A DNA stretch of 64,000 bases from assembly GCF_036365525.1 (NCBI RefSeq), contig NC_090404.1, positions 12,800,550 through 12,864,549 of the forward strand. Reading direction: 5' to 3'. Positions 61,795 through 64,000 of the stretch are shown here, one piece after another. The stretch is from Heterodontus francisci. Its lineage: Eukaryota. The position numbers and the translations under genes are program-made. A model generated the notes under the pieces. That model did no database searches. It was given only the letters and a program-made list of their open reading frames with translations, and had not been told where the DNA came from. How positions within the stretch are numbered: the stretch's first letter is position 1; each line of letters opens with the position of its first letter.

Positions 61795-62310
61795 AGTCTA
61801 ACTGCACTGGTATGATAATGTATTGCGGAATATAAACAAAGGCATCGTCTAGTGAATTCATAACTGAGATAGGCCCTACAGTTACATAAAATATAAACAG
61901 AGGCGTGACCTAATCTAGTCATAACAAAGTTAATCCTTAATGTAGCATAAACAGAGGCAAGTCTAATGCAGACATTACTGAGACAGGCCCTAGCATAATA
62001 TAAGCAGATACGAAGTCCAGTGTAAAATAATCAGCGACGTAGTCTAATGCAGTAATAACTGAAACAGGGTCCAGTGTAATATAAAGAACGACTGTGTCCA
62101 CGTTATTGTGAACAGAGACATGGTCTTGCGCAGTAATAAGTAAGATTGGGCTAAGTGTAATAATAACAGGAATATGGTCTGGTGTTTATAACTGAGACTC
62201 GGTCTAGGTTAATGGAAAAAGAGACAGGGGCTAGAGTAATGTAAACAGGGATAGAGTCTAGCGTAATCGAAACAGAGCTGTAATCTGTAACATGTAATAA
62301 CTGAGATAGA
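61795..62310 (+). repeat. Degenerate 27-bp minisatellite array
   Basis: Same unit as 16250-19850. Confidence 0.8.
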
Positions 62311-62697
62311 CCCAAAGGTCAACTATATCTCAACAAATAATATGTTTTGCGGTGCGAATGGATTTCACACTTCTCACTGGATCATCTTAAACCAGATTGT
62401 GAGAATATTGACGGAATGGGTGTTAGAATTTGTAGAAGAGACTGGAGTCTGTATTATTTATCTACAGACCATCGAGATTGACAGAAACAGGCTGGAGAAT
62501 CCACGTCCCTGAGGCCAAGTGAACTCCCCACTGTAATCGGAGTCGGAGAAGATTTTAAACCCACCGAATTTCTAATATACAAGTCTCAGAACTGCCAGTT
62601 GGTGAAGCTGGCTCCAGGAATCTTGGTTCGGCAGTTAAAGGGAGACTCTGTGTGTGGCCAGTATAATACTGATGCTGCGAGATGATTCCTTGGTGTT

Positions 62698-64000
62698 AGA
62701 ACATAGAAACATAAGAACTAGGAGCAGGAGTAGGCTATTCGGCCCCTCAAGCCTGCCCCGCCATTCAATAAGATCATGGCTGATCTGTCCCAGACTTCAA
62801 CTCCTCTTTCTTGCCAGCCCCTCATAGCCCTCAACTCCCCGATATTTCAAAAATCTATCTACCATCTCTTTCAATACTTTCAGTGATCTAGCCTCCACAA
62901 CTCTCTGGGGTAGAAAATTCCAGACATTCACTACCCTCTGAGAGAAGAAATTCCTTTGCATCTCAGTTTTAAATGAGTGTCCCCTTATTCTGCAACTATG
63001 TTCCCTACTTCGAGATATCCCCACTAGTGGAAACATCTTCTCAAACTCTACCCTGTCAAGCCCCTCAGAATCTTGTAGGCTTCAAAAAGATCACCCCTCA
63101 TTCTTCTAAACTTTAATGAATGAAGGCCTAACCTGTTTAAGTCAACCCCTTCATCCCAGGAATCAGCCTGGTGAATCTCTTTTGAACTGCCTCCAATGCC
63201 AGTATATCCCTTCTTAAATACGGGGGCCAAAACTGACACAGTACTCCAGGTACAGCCTCACCAACACCCTGTACAATTGTAACAAGCTTTCCCTATTTTT
63301 AAACTCCAACCCCCTAGCAATAAAGGCCAAAATTCCATTTGCCTTCTTAATTACTTGCTGCACCTGCATGCTAACATTCTGTGCTTCATGCACAAGAACA
63401 CCCAGATTCCTCTGTTCTGCACCTTTTTGGAATCTCTCTCCATTTAAATAATAGTCAGCCTTTTGATTTTTTCTGCCAAAGTGCATGACTTCACACTTTC
63501 CTACATTAAACTCCATCTGCCAGGATTTTGCCCACACACTCAACCTATCTGTATCCCCTTGCAGATTCCTTATGTCCTCATCGCAACATGCCTTCCTACC
63601 TATTTTTGCATCATCAGCAAATTTGGATATATTATCCTCTGCCCCTCCTCCAAGTCATTAATATATTTAGTAAATAATCGAGGCCCGAGGAATAATCCTT
63701 GTGGCACTCCACTGGTTCCGTCTTTCCAACCTGAAAAAGACCCATTAATCCCGACTCTCTGTCTTCTGTAAGTTAACCAATCCTCAGTCCATGCTAATAC
63801 GTTACACCCAATACCATGAGCTCCTATCTTGTGCAATAATCTTTTATGCGGCACCTTATCGAATGCCTTCTGGAAATCCAAATACACTACATCTCCCGGT
63901 TCCCCTTTATCAACTCTGCTTGTTATATCCTTAAAGAGCTCCAGAAAATTTGTCAAACATGATTTCCCTTTCACAAAATCATGTTGACTCTGTTTGATTG
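62698..64000 (-). mobile_element. CR1 LINE RT-to-3' fragment, runs off the window end
   Basis: YLDFQKAFDKVPH, GVPQG, KCEVMHFG peptides; (CATAGAAA)-type tail. Confidence 0.92.

Noticed and set aside
47812-64000. Additional C exons (IgW/IgD-like) or a second cluster downstream
   Set aside because: No Ig-domain ORFs or RSS pairs found by eye; short diverged exons cannot be fully excluded without tBLASTn
1-64000. Window start and end (27-bp array then antisense CR1) as the two ends of one duplication unit
   Set aside because: The CR1 copies and intervening sequences differ, so there is no direct evidence of segmental identity

Overview
Repeat-rich cartilaginous-fish (shark) genomic DNA carrying one complete, germline-configuration, apparently intact IgM heavy-chain cluster on the + strand. 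Order: promoter (~29.95 kb), leader exon, VH, D1, D2, JH (30087-31862, with 23 | 12/22 | 12/12 | 23 RSS), a 9.2-kb J-C intron, Cmu1-Cmu4 plus secretory tail (41034-45238), TM1 and TM2 (47529-47811). The protein is very close to what I recall of horn shark (Heterodontus) IgM, but the species call is from memory and not a search. Most of the rest is CR1/L2-group LINE fragments, HE1-like V-SINEs, a Deu-type SINE, a second SINE built from both ends of a LINE, PIF/Harbinger relics and a MITE, Penelope relics (one retaining a minimal hammerhead ribozyme core), and 27-bp and ~66-bp tandem repeats. Nearly all ORF-track entries outside the Ig exons are retroelement fragments or spurious. The main system (cluster-type shark IgH) is well known, and I found no convincing wholly new gene system. 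The best leads are candidate regulatory modules, a duplicated post-J intron block, a speculative phase-compatible hydrophobic exon, and several informative retrotransposition scars.
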